This document shows, piece by piece, positions 40,701 through 53,400 of a DNA stretch of 64,000 bases. A program made the position numbers and the translations under genes. The stretch is from Antedon mediterranea (taxonomy: Eukaryota; Animalia; Echinodermata): positions 2,014,201-2,078,200 of the forward strand of contig NC_092679.1 of NCBI RefSeq assembly GCF_964355755.1. Reading direction: 5' to 3'. The first letter of the stretch is position 1; each line of letters begins with the position of its first letter. Below the pieces are notes generated by a model. That model did no database searches and was not told the origin of the DNA. It was given only the letters and a program-made list of their open reading frames with translations.

Positions 40701-43700
40701 ATATAGTATATTGATATAAGCAGTGAGTTAGGCAGATCATAAGTCAGCTCTCCTTAATTGCCTAAGTCACACAGATAGTACAGGGATTTTTTCAAAAAAT
40801 GGCCAAAATATCAAGTTTTTAAAATTCAATTATTATGCTATAAAATTGCTCTATATGATCATATATTGCTTTATCATCACCTTATAGTACCAGTTTTATC
40901 GAAAAATAAAAGGGTCGAAAAATGACTTTTTTTGGAAAAAATCCTTGTACTATGACTTAGGCAGAAACACAAAAAATATAGTATATTGATATAAGCAGTG
41001 AGTTAGGCAGAAAAACAAAAACAAAATTATGACTTAGACACTTTTGTTATGAGGCTGTCGATATCATCTATATACAAAAAATCCTACCTTTAAGTAACAA
41101 AATTTAATAGCATCAGCTCTTCGGATTAAAATTAACACTGATGATTTTAGAAAAGGAAAGTAGCAATAAAAGAGAAAGAATTTGTAACAAATGGGTTAAA
41201 AAATATACTATCAAAATGTATTTCTTATTTTATTTAAAAAATCATGAGTCTCCTCTCCTTAATTGCCTAAGTCACACAGCTGACTTAGGCAGAAACACAA
41301 AAAACGATCTGAGCATGTGCAAATGTATATAAAAGCACTCAGATAATGTACAGAGGGCAGTATAATGATATAAGCAGTGAGTTAGGCAGATTATAAGTCA
41401 GCTCTCCTTAATTGCCTAAGTCACACAGCTGACTTAGGCAGAAACACGAAAAATATAGTATATTGATATAAGCAGTGAGTTAGGCAGATCATAAGTCAGC
41501 TCTCCTTAATTGCCTAAGTCACACAGCTGACTTAGGCAGAAACACGATAAATATAGTATATTGATATAAGCAATGAGTTAGGCAGATCATAAGTTAGCTT
41601 TCCTTAATTGCCTAAGTCACACAGCTGACTTAGGCAGAAACACGAAAAATATAGTATATTGATTTAAGCAGTGAGTTAGGCAGATCATAAGTCAGCTCTC
41701 CTTAATTGCCTAAGTCACACAGTTGACTTAGGCAGAAACACAAACAATATAGTATATTGATATAAGCAGTGAGTTAGGCAGAAAAACAAAAACAAAATTA
41801 TGACTTTGACACTTTTGTTATGAGGCTGTCGATATCATTTATATACAAAAAATGCTACCTTTAAGTAACAAAATTTAATAGCATCAGCTCTTCGGATTAA
41901 AATTAACACTGATGATTTTCGAAAAGGAAAGTAGCAATAAAAGAGAAAGAATTTGTAACAAATGGGTTAAAAAATATACTATAAAAATGTATTTCTTATT
42001 TTATTTAAAAAATCATGAGTCTCCTCTCCTTAATTGCCTAAGTCACACAGCTGACTTAGGCAGAAACACAAAAAACGATCTGAGCATGTGCAAATGTATA
42101 TAAAAGCACTCAGATAATGTACAGAGGGCAGTATAATGATATAAGCAGTGAGTTAGGCAGATTATAAGTCAGCTCTCCTTAATTGCCTAAGTCACACAGC
42201 TGACTTAGGCAGAAACACGAAAAATATAGTATATTGATATAAGCAGTGAGTTAGGCAGATCATAAGTCAGCTCTCCTTAATTGCCTAAGTCACACAGCTG
42301 ACTTAGGCAGAAAACACGAAAAATATAGTATATTGATATAAGCAGTGAGTTAGGCAGATCATAAGTCAGCTCTCCTTAATTGCCTAAGTCACACAGATAG
42401 TACAGGGATTTTTTCCAAAATGGCCAAAATATCAAGTTTTTAAAATTCAATTATTATGCAATAACATTGCTCTATATGATCATATATTGCTTTATCATCA
42501 CCTTATAGTACCATAGACACCAGTTTTATCGAAAAATAAAAGGGTCGAAAAATGACTATTTTTGGAAAAAATCCTTGTACTATGACTTTAGGCAGAAACA
42601 CAAAAAATATAGTATATTGATATAATCAGTGAGTTAGGCAGAAAAACAAAAACAAAATTATGACTTAGACACTTTTGTTATGAGGCTGTCGATATCATCT
42701 ATATACAAAAAATGCTACCTTTAAATAACAAAATTTAATAGCATCAACTCTTCAGATTAAAATTAACACTGATGATTTTAGAAAAAGAAAGTAGCAATAA
42801 AAGAGAAAGAATTTGTAACAAATGGGTAAACAAATATACTATAAAAATGTATTTCTTATTTTATTTAAAAAATCATGAGTCTCTTCTCCTTAATTGCCTA
42901 AGTCACACAGCTGACTTAGGCAGAAACACAAAAAACGATCTGAGCATGTGCAAATGTATATAAAAGCACTCAGATAATGTACAGAGGGCAGTATAATGAT
43001 ATAAGCAGTGAGTTAGGCAGATCATAAGTCAGCTCTCCTTAATTGCCTAAGTCACACAGCTGACTTAGGCAGAAAACACGAAAAATATAGTATTTGATAT
43101 AAGCAGTGAGTTAGGCAGATCATAAGTCAGCTCTCCTTACATTGCCTAAGTCACACAGCTGACTTAGGCAGAAACACAAAAAATATAGTATATTGATATA
43201 AGCAGTGAGTTAGGCAGATCATAAGTCAGCTCTCCTTAATTGCCTAAGTCACACAGATAGTACAGGGATTTTTTCAAAAAATGGCCAAAATATCAAGTTT
43301 TTAAAATTCAATTATTATGCTATAAAATTGCTCTATATGATCATATATTGCTTTATCATCACCTTATAGTACCAGTTTTATCGAAAAATAAAGGGGTCGA
43401 AAAATGACTATTTTTGGAAAAAATCCTTGTACTATGACTTAGGCAGAAACACAAAAAATATAGTATATTGATATAAGCAGTGAGTTAGGCAGATCATAAG
43501 TCAGCTCTCCTTAATTGCCTAAGTCACACAGCTGACTTAGGCAGAAACACGATAAATATAGTATATTGATATAAGCAATGAGTTAGGCAGATCATAAGTT
43601 AGCTTTCCTTAATTGCCTAAGTCACACAGCTGACTTAGGCAGAAACACGAAAAATATAGTATATTGATTTAAGCAGTGAGTTAGGCAGATCATAAGTCAG

Positions 43701-46700
43701 CTCTCCTTAATTGCCTAAGTCACACAGTTGACTTAGGCAGAAACACAAACAATATAGTATATTGATATAAGCAGTGAGTTAGGCAGAAAAACAAAAACAA
43801 AATTATGACTTTGACACTTTTGTTTTGAGGCTGTCGATATCATTTATATACAAAAAATGCTACCTTTAAGTAACAAAATTTAATAGCATCAGCTCTTCGG
43901 ATTAAAATTAACACTGATGATTTTAGAAAAGGAAAGTAGCAATAAAAGAGAAAGAATTTGTAACAAATGGGTTAAAAAATATACTATAAAAAATGTATTT
44001 CTTATTTTATTAAAAAAACATGAGTCTCCTCTCCTTAATTGCCTAAGTCACACAGCTGACTTAGGCAGAAACACAAAAAACGATCTGAGCATGTGCAAAT
44101 GTATATAAAAGCACTCAGATAATGTACAGAGGGCAGTATAATGATATAAGCAGTGAGTTAGGCAGATCATAAGTCAGCTCTCCTTAATTGCCTAAGTCAC
44201 ACAGCTGACTTAGGCAGAAACACGAAAAATATAGTATATTGATATAAGCAGTGAGTTAGGCAGATCATAAGTCAGCTCTCCTTAATTGCCTAAGTCACAC
44301 AGCCGACTTAGGCAGAAACACGATAAATATAGTATATTGATATAAGCAATGAGTTAGGCAGATCATAAGTTAGCTTTCCTTAATTGCCTAAGTCACACAG
44401 CTGACTTAGGCAGAAACACGAAAAATATAGTATATTGATTTAAGCAGTGAGTTAGGCAGATCATAAGTCAGCTCTCCTTAATTGCCTAAGTCACACAGTT
44501 GACTTAGGCAGAAACACAAACAATATAGTATATTGATATAAGCAGTGAGTTAGGCAGAAAAACAAAAACAAAATTATGACTTTGACACTTTTGTTATGAG
44601 GCTGTCGATATCATTTATATACAAAAAATGCTACCTTTAACTAACAAAATTTAATAGCATCAGCTCTTCGGATTAAAATTAACACTGATGATTTTAGAAA
44701 AGGAAAGTAGCAATAAAAGAGAAAGAATTTGTAACTAATGGGTTAAAAAATATACTATAAAAATGTAATTCTTATTTTATTTAAAAAATCATGAGTCTCC
44801 TCTCCTTAATTGCCTAAGTCACACAGCTGACTTAGGCAGAAACACAAAAAACGATCTGAGCATGTGCAAATGTATATAAAAGCACTCAGATAATGTACAG
44901 AGGGCAGTATAATGATATAAGCAGTGAGTTAGGCAGATTATAAGTCAGCTCTCCTTAATTGCCTAAGTCACACAGCTGACTTAGGCAGAAACACGAAAAA
45001 TATAGTATATTGATATAAGCAGTGAGTTAGGCAGATCATAAGTCAGCTCTCCTTAATTGCCTAAGTCACACAGCTGACTTAGGCAGAAAACACGAAAAAT
45101 ATAGTATATTGATATAAGCAGTGAGTTAGGCAGATCATAAGTCAGCTCTCCTTAATTGCCTAAGTCACACAGATAGTACAGGGATTTTTTCCAAAATGGC
45201 CAAAATATCAAGTTTTTAAAATTCAATTATTATGCCATAACATTGCTCTATATGATCATATATTGCTTTATCATCACCTTATAGTACCATAGACACCAGT
45301 TTTATCGAAAAATAAAAGGGTCGAAAAATGACTATTTTTGGAAAAAATCCTTGTACTATGACTTTAGGCAGAAACACAAAAAATATAGTATATTGATATA
45401 ATCAGTGAGTTAGGCAGAAAAACAAAAACAAAATTATGACTTAGACACTTTTGTTATGAGGCTGTCGATATCATCTATATACAAAAAATGCTACCTTTAA
45501 ATAACAAAATTTAATAGCATCAACTCTTCAGATTAAAATTAACACTGATGATTTTAGAAAAAGAAAGTAGCAATAAAAGAGAAAGAATTTGTAACAAATG
45601 GGTAAACAAATATACTATAAAAATGTATTTCTTATTTTATTTAAAAAATCATGAGTCTCTTCTCCTTAATTGCCTAAGTCACACAGCTGACTTAGGCAGA
45701 AACACAAAAAACGATCTGAGCATGTGCAAATGTATATAAAAGCACTCAGATAATGTACAGAGGGCAGTATAATGATATAAGCAGTGAGTTAGGCAGATCA
45801 TAAGTCAGCTCTCCTTAATTGCCTAAGTCACACAGCTGACTTAGGCAGAAAACACGAAAAATATAGTATTTGATATAAGCAGTGAGTTAGGCAGATCATA
45901 AGTCAGCTCTCCTTACATTGCCTAAGTCACACAGCTGACTTAGGCAGAAACACAAAAAATATAGTATATTGATATAAGCAGTGAGTTAGGCAGATCATAA
46001 GTCAGCTCTCCTTAATTGCCTAAGTCACACAGATAGTACAGGGATTTTTTCAAAAAATGGCAAAAATATCAAGTTTTTAAAATTCAATTATTATGCTATA
46101 AAATTGCTCTATATGATCATATATTGCTTTATCATCACCTTATAGTTACAGTTTTATCGAAAAATAAAGGGGTCGAAAAATGACTATTTTTGGAAAAAAT
46201 CCTTGTACTATGACTTAGGCAGAAACACAAAAAATATAGTATATTGATATAAGCAGTGAGTTAGGCAGAAAAACAAAAACAAAATTATGACTTAGACACT
46301 TTTGTTATGAGGCTGTCGATATCATCTATATACAAAAAATGCTACCTTTAAGTAACAAAATTTAATAGCATCAGCTCTTCGGATTAAAATTAACACTGAT
46401 GATTTTAGAAAAGGAAAGTAGCAATAAAAGAGAAAGAATTTGTAACAAATGGGTTAACAAATATACTATCAAAATGTATTTCTTATTTTATTTAAAAAAT
46501 CATGAGTCTCCTCTCCTTAATTGCCTAAGTCACACAGCTGACTTAGGCAGAAACACAAAAAACGATCTGAGCATGTGCAAATGTATATAAAAGCACTCAG
46601 ATAATGTACAGAGGGCAGTATAATGATATAAGCAGTGAGTTAGGCTGATCATAAGTCAGCTCTCCTTAATTGCCTAGGTCACACAGCTGACTTAGGCAGA

Positions 46701-49620
46701 AAACACGAAAAATATAGTATTTGATATAAGCAGTGAGTTAGGCAGATCATAAGTCAGCTCTCCTTAATTGCCTAAGTCACACAGCTGACTTACGCAGGAA
46801 CACAAAAAATATAGTATATTGATATAAGCAGTGAGTTATGCAGGAAAAAAAAATTATTACTTAGACACTTTTGTTATGAAGCTATCCATATCATCTATAT
46901 ACAAAAAATGCTACCTTTAAGTAACAAAATTTAATGGCATCAGCTCTTCAGATTAAAATTAACACTGATGATTTTAGAAAAGGAAAGTAGCAATAAAAGA
47001 TAAAGAATTTGTAACAAATGGGTTAAAAAATATATTATAAAAATGTATTTCTTATTTTATTTAAAAAATCATGAGTCTCCTCTCCTTAATTGCCTAAGTC
47101 ACACAGCTGACTTAGGCAGAAACACAAAAAACGATCTGAGCATGTGCAAATGTATATAAAAGCACTCAGATAATGACATGCGCAGAACCTATTATTCGTC
47201 TCTGCACATGTTTATTATGGAATAGTAACTATTTATGTTAAAAAATTTTTTTCCTGTACTATAGTACAGGGATTTTTCAAAAAATGGCAAATTTTCGGCC
47301 TTTTTATTTTTCGATAAAACTGGTTACTATAGCACAATTGACCTGCGCAGAACCCATTATTCGCCTCTGCGCATGTTTATTATACTATAGTAACCATTTA
47401 TGTCAAAACTGGTTACTATAGCACATTTGACATGCGCAGAACCCATTATTCGCCTCTGCGTATGTTTATTATGCAATAGTAACTATTTATGTCAAAACTG
47501 ATTAACATAGCACAATTGACATGCGCAGAACCCATTATTCGTCTATGCGCATGTTTATTATACAATAGTAACCATTTATGTTAAAAAATAACAGAGTCAA
47601 AAATCGGCCATTTTTCGGAAATTTCCCTGTACTATAGTACAGGAATTTTTTCAAAAAATGGCTAATTTTCGACCTTTTTATTTTTTGATAAAACTGGTTA
47701 CTATAGCACAATTGACATGCGCAGAACCCATTATTCGCCTCTGCGCATGTTTATTATACTATAGTAACCATTTATGTCAAAACTGGTTACTATAGCACAT
47801 TTGACATGCGCAGAACCCATTATTCGCCTCTGCGCATGTTTATTATGCAATAGTAACTATTTATGTCAAAACTGATTAACATAGCACAATTGACATGCGC
47901 AGAACCCATTATTCGTCTATGCGCATGTTTATTATGCAATAGTAACCATTTATGTTAAAAAATAACAGAGTCAAAAATCGGCAATTTTTCGGAAATTTCC
48001 CTGTACTATAGTACAGGAATTTTTTCAAAAAATGGCTAATTTTCGACCTTTTTATTTTTCGATAAAACTGGTTACTATAGCACAATTGACATGCGCAGAA
48101 CCCATTATTTGGCTCTGCGCATGTTTATTATACTATAGTAACCATTTATGTCAAAACTGGTTAACATAGCACAATTGACATGCGCAGAACCTATTATTCG
48201 TCTCTGCGCATGTTTATTATGCAATAGTAACTATTTATGTTAAAAAATAAAAGCAATTTTATTGCATAATAATTGAATTTTAAAAACCTGATATTTTGGA
48301 AATTTTTCGAAAAAAATCTCTGTACTATTAGTACAGGGATTTTTTTTAAAATGGCCAATTTTCTACCCTTTTAGTTTTCAACATAACTGGTGTCTATGGT
48401 ACTATAAGATGATGATAAAGCAATATATGATCATATGGAGCAATTTTATCGCATAATAATTGAATTTTAAAAACCTGATATTTTGGCAATTTTTCGAAAA
48501 AAATCCCTGTACTATAGTACAGGGATTTTTTTTTAAATGGCCAATTTTCTACCCTTTTATTTTTCAACATAACTGGTGTCTATGGTACTATAATGTTTAT
48601 TATACTATAGTAACCATTTATGTCAAAACTGGTTACCATAGCACAATTGACATGCGCAGAACCTTTTATTCGTATCTGCGCTTGTTTATTATGCAATAGT
48701 AACCATTTATGTCAAAACTAGTTACTATAGCACATTTGACATGCGCAGAACCCATTATTCGCCTCTGCGCATGTTTATTATGCAATAGTAACTATTTATG
48801 TCAAAACTGATTAACATAGCACAATTGACATGCGCAGAACCCATTATTCGTCTATGCGCATGTTTATTATGCAATAGTAACCATTTATGTTAAAAAATAA
48901 CAGTCAAAAATCGGCCATTTTTCGGAAATTTCCCTGTACTATAGTACAGGAATTTTTTCGAAAAATGGCTAATTTTCGACCTTTTTATTTTTCGATAAAA
49001 CTGGTTACTATAGCACAATTGACATGCGCAGAACCCATTATTCGCCTCTGCGCATGTTTATTATACTATAGTAACCATTTATGTCAAAACTGGTTAACAT
49101 AGCACAATTGACATGCGCAGAACCTATTATTCGTCTCTGCGCATGTTTATTATGCAATAGTAACTATTTATGTTAAAAAATAAAAGGGTCGAAAATCGGC
49201 CATTTTTCGGAAATTTCCCTGTACTATAGTACAGGCCTATAGTAGGCCTACAGGGATTTTTTCAAAAATGGCAAATTTTCTACCCTTTTATTTTTCAACA
49301 TAACTGGTGTCTATGGTACTAAAAGATGATGATAAAGCAATATATGATCATATGGAGCAATTTTATTGCATAATAATTGAATTTTAAAAACCTGATATTT
49401 TGGCAATTTTTCGAAAAAAATCTCTGTACTATTAGTACAGGGATTTTTTTTTAAATGGCCAATTTTCTACCCTTTTATTTTTCAACATAACTGGTGTCTA
49501 TGGTACTATAAGATGATGATAAAGCAATATATGATCATATGGAGCAATTTTATCGCATAATATTTGAATTTTAAAAACCCGATATTTTGGCAATTTTTCT
49601 AAAAGAATCCCTGTACTATT
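34750..49620. repeat. ~15-kb composite hairpin satellite (modules A ~190 bp with TIRs, B 98 bp, C ~245 bp, D 89 bp)
   Basis: Central array 35395-47175 has 14 copies of module C (marker ATG at 35771, 36611, 37472, 38332, 39330, 40290, 41141, 41912, 42772, 43917, 44688, 45548, 46399, 46968) interleaved with B tandem units and inverted A. Flanks 34750-35345 and 47176-49620 are A/D units joined by the palindrome CCCTGTACTATAGTACAGGG. Confidence 0.95.
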
Positions 49621-50225
49621 ATTGCCCTACAATATGTACAGCTATTTTTACAACTATTAAAGGGATAATATTACAGAGATATGAATTTTGGAATTAATTC
49701 TTTATTCATTTCTTTTAAGTTCTACTAGGTATTCATTCCTAATTGTTGTTGTGTTGTTTATTTACATTAATGGGTTTCATACGACCTAATTAATTTGCGT
49801 GAGATTGCCAGCAACAGAAATAAGTGGCTTTTGTTATTTTGAATCTTTATTTTTACGTTATTTTATATTTTTTGTTGTTGACGTAGGATACATGCATATA
49901 AGAACGTATCAGATTTTGTAAATCCACAGTGCATGGTTTTGTTACATTTTTTGGAATAAAGTTACCATATATATATATATATATACACAAAATTATTTGA
50001 TATTTTAGAACCTCTATTGTAGGGGTTGAATAAAATCTACTTAAATTGTCCTTTAATAAAACTAGCATTGGTTTTAACTCATAGCTATTACATAACTACA
50101 GGTTTTCCGCTTTTATACACAATATATTGTTACATAACGTTATACAGAGATATCCTTTTGTAAATATAACATATTTTTACTTTACATATGTATAAATTTG
50201 AAACCAGTGGATTACTTTTATTTGA

Positions 50226-50426
50226 TTAGACCATTCCTGGCTTGGCATACACGGGTAAATGGTAATAGTTATAGCTAAGGAAACTAAGAAGCCGTGTCTC
50301 AACCGCGCGTTTGCTACCTCCGTCGCCGAACTCGTTGGCGAGGTACTGACGATCTTGCTTGTCCAGTTCAAGATCTTGGTCAATTAATTGACGAACTTTC
50401 TCTTCCAACGCTATCACATCTTCAGC
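50226..50426 (-). CDS. CFAP61: CFAP61 terminal coding exon (...[15 protein letters not shown])
   Basis: ttcag acceptor; TAA stop; conserved C-terminus. Confidence 0.92.
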   Translation of the reverse strand, partial: AEDVIALEEKVRQLIDQDLELDKQDRQYLANEFGDGGSKRAVETRLLSFLSYNYYHLPVYAKPGMV

Positions 50427-53400
50427 CTGAAATAAAAAAGCATTAACTCTCTGTGATGTGCCCAAATATGGTAGTGATATGTTTAAATATGGTATTGATG
50501 TGACATCATCATTTCCATGTATGGGCACAACACATTATTTTGTCATGTAGTGGTTGGTAGTGTAGACAAGGCTTTAGTAATCCCTTGAAGTAAGATGCTT
50601 ATTACTGTAATAGCCTTATCTTGTGACATTAAGCAGGCCATATTGTGTGCATACAAATATGAAAAATATCTCAGTACACTACCATAAAGGAATGGAAGAA
50701 CGTCTACCACCGGTGATCAAGAAATAGTGCAGAATATAGACACCTAAAGCTCTGTCTACACTATCAAATTGTATGTGATGTGCCCATATATGGACATATC
50801 ACTACCATATTTAAACATATCACTACCATATTTGGGCACATCATATTTTTTTGTCAAACTAGTTTGATAGTGTAGACAGAGCTTACATTTAAATGTTATC
50901 ATAATCAAGACTTACCGGTTTTTGTACAAGTAGTTCTCTAACCTCTTGTCTAAAGTCTGGGAAGCGATCGTGGAAAACAGCTAAGCTCCATGTTTCACGG
51001 AAGAAACTGAAAAAATCAGCAATGAGTCCTTCATCAAAGCGCGATACCATGTTGTTAAGCATACGCTCATGAACGTTGTACAGACATAGTAAATTGCTGG
51101 TATCGATTGCCTGAAATATAATATAAAACTTTATTTCATATTTCTCTCTCTTAAACATTTTCCGTCATTCCGCTTTCCACGATTTGTTTTTATGTTTTAT
51201 TTTATATTTATGTACCTCTAAATACAGATTTTGATCAAATTATTATTATTGAAATACTTGCCTTGAATACTGTACAAAGCATTCACAAAACTCTGTCTAC
51301 TCTATCAAATTAGTTTGACAATAAGTTTGACAAAAAGAGTGTGATGTGCCCAAATACAGTAGTGATATTACATCTTCATGTCTATATTATGGGCACATCA
51401 TATTTGTTGTCAAATAAAGTTTGATAGTGTAGACAGCTAGCTTTATACATTTGACATAAGAGGATGTTTAAACACTATAACAGCTTCTTGATTCATGTGT
51501 AATGGTTTTAATGTTTTAATTATTGGAGTTAACTTCCACTAACCTGTTTCGTAAGACATGTTATTGTTTCTATACTACTGTATTTGTTGATATGAACACG
51601 GAAATATCCAGGTCCATCAGCGGTTCCAGTGACCAACTCACGCCCCTATACAAAATACATAAAACAGTTACAAACTCTCTTTGAATTTCATTTAAAAAAT
51701 ACCTATTACTGTATTATAATTACAGTAGAATGAATAGGTCTATCAATAGAGGTTGGACGTAGTGTATAACCTATCCCATATATCTCATGGGATATTGTCT
51801 CGGGATGTCCATTGAATAGAGGTTGGACGTAGTGTATAACCTATCCCATATATCTCATGGGATATTGTCTCGGGATGTCCATTGAATAGAGGTTGGACGT
51901 AGTGTATAACCTATCCCATATATCTCATGGGATATTGTCTCGGGATGTCCATTGAATAGAGGTTGGACGTAGTGTATAACCTATCCCATATATCTCATGG
52001 GATATTGTCTCGGGATGTCCATTGAATAGAGGTTGGACGTAGTGTATAACCTATCCCATATATCTCATGGGATATTGTCTCGGGATGTCCATTGAATAGA
52101 GGTTGGACGTAGTGTATAACCTATCCCATATATCTCATGGGATATTGTCTCGGGATGTCCATTGAATAGAGGTTGGACGTAGTGTATAACCTATCCCATA
52201 TATCTCATGGGATATTGTCTCGGGATGTCCATTGAATAGAGGTTTATATATTTTTGTGCATATTTGCAGTTTTGCATTAAAAAAAAAGTAGTTCAGTCAG
52301 AGAGAGTCAGATAATTCAGGAAGACTCACCCCAATATATTAAAGATTACATAAATTATAATAAAATATTAAAAAAAACAAAGCTACAATTCTAATTTCTA
52401 TTTAATAACTTTATGCGGTCTTAGCTGGTCTTATGAAAATACTTATTTAACGATCATCATATCTAGATAGTAAATAGTTCTTGTATTCTAATTTCAATTT
52501 AATTGTTTACATTTATTTATTTTTACCTTTAAAGAAGGTATTTATCTTCTATTCTAGATTCTCTTAACTTTGTGTCAGAATAGAAGAATCTTACAAAATA
52601 TTTTGAAGTGCAAGTATAAGAAATGCTCAAGGCCGTCATAAAACATTTGCGATGATTATCTTACGTCCTAAGGACATTAAAGCATGATACTGAATGTCAA
52701 CATCATCCGCAAACACACTTTGCAACAAAATTAATTTTTCAAGTATGTTTGATGTCATTTGTATTGATTAAACAAAGTATTGAGTTTGTGTCCGGCTTGC
52801 ATTTTGACATGAAGTGTTCTTAGACGCAGATAAAAAAAAAGTAATGAGTGAATTCGATTTTCGTTTTTTGAATTACAGGCGTATTTAACATAGAATGACA
52901 TTTTACACCGTCCTAATTTCTTGTTAAATCGGATTAATACATTTTCATAGTATAACAAATGTAAAGAAATTGTAGTATGTATGCTACAAATGTGTGAGAC
53001 AACACAAACAAATGTTTTTAAAACCAATATCTATATAAAATTACCAAGAAATTTGTACTTATATATAAAAAAAATAAAATAAAATTACTGAAAAAATGAC
53101 AATACTGTGGGTATCAGTGGCTGGATCTCAATAAAAAATAAAATAAGCAAAAGTACTACTTATACTAAATATAAATATCAATTTCAGCATAATATAGTTT
53201 ATAATCATGTAAACCTGTTTTGCAGATATCTCTCCTGGGTTTGGTCCCCTGAGTTGGGATCTCTATTTCTAAGTTATTTGATTGCATTTCCACTGGGTGC
53301 TATTGCAGTTAAACAAACCATCCAACCATTCTTTATTCCATTGGATGTAGATAATTGCGTTCAACTTTACATATGCAAAGTCGTTAATGTTCACGGTAAG

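Noticed and set aside
35771-47160. Repeated 63-aa ORF MILEKESSNKRER... as a tandem gene family
   Set aside because: Part of the satellite; several copies are frameshifted or stopped (35771, 40290, 44688, 46968), composition is AT-driven and there is no recognisable domain.
35584-49200. CRISPR-like array (regularly spaced palindromic repeats)
   Set aside because: Sequences between hairpins are near-identical rather than unique spacers; no cas genes; eukaryotic intron-exon context.
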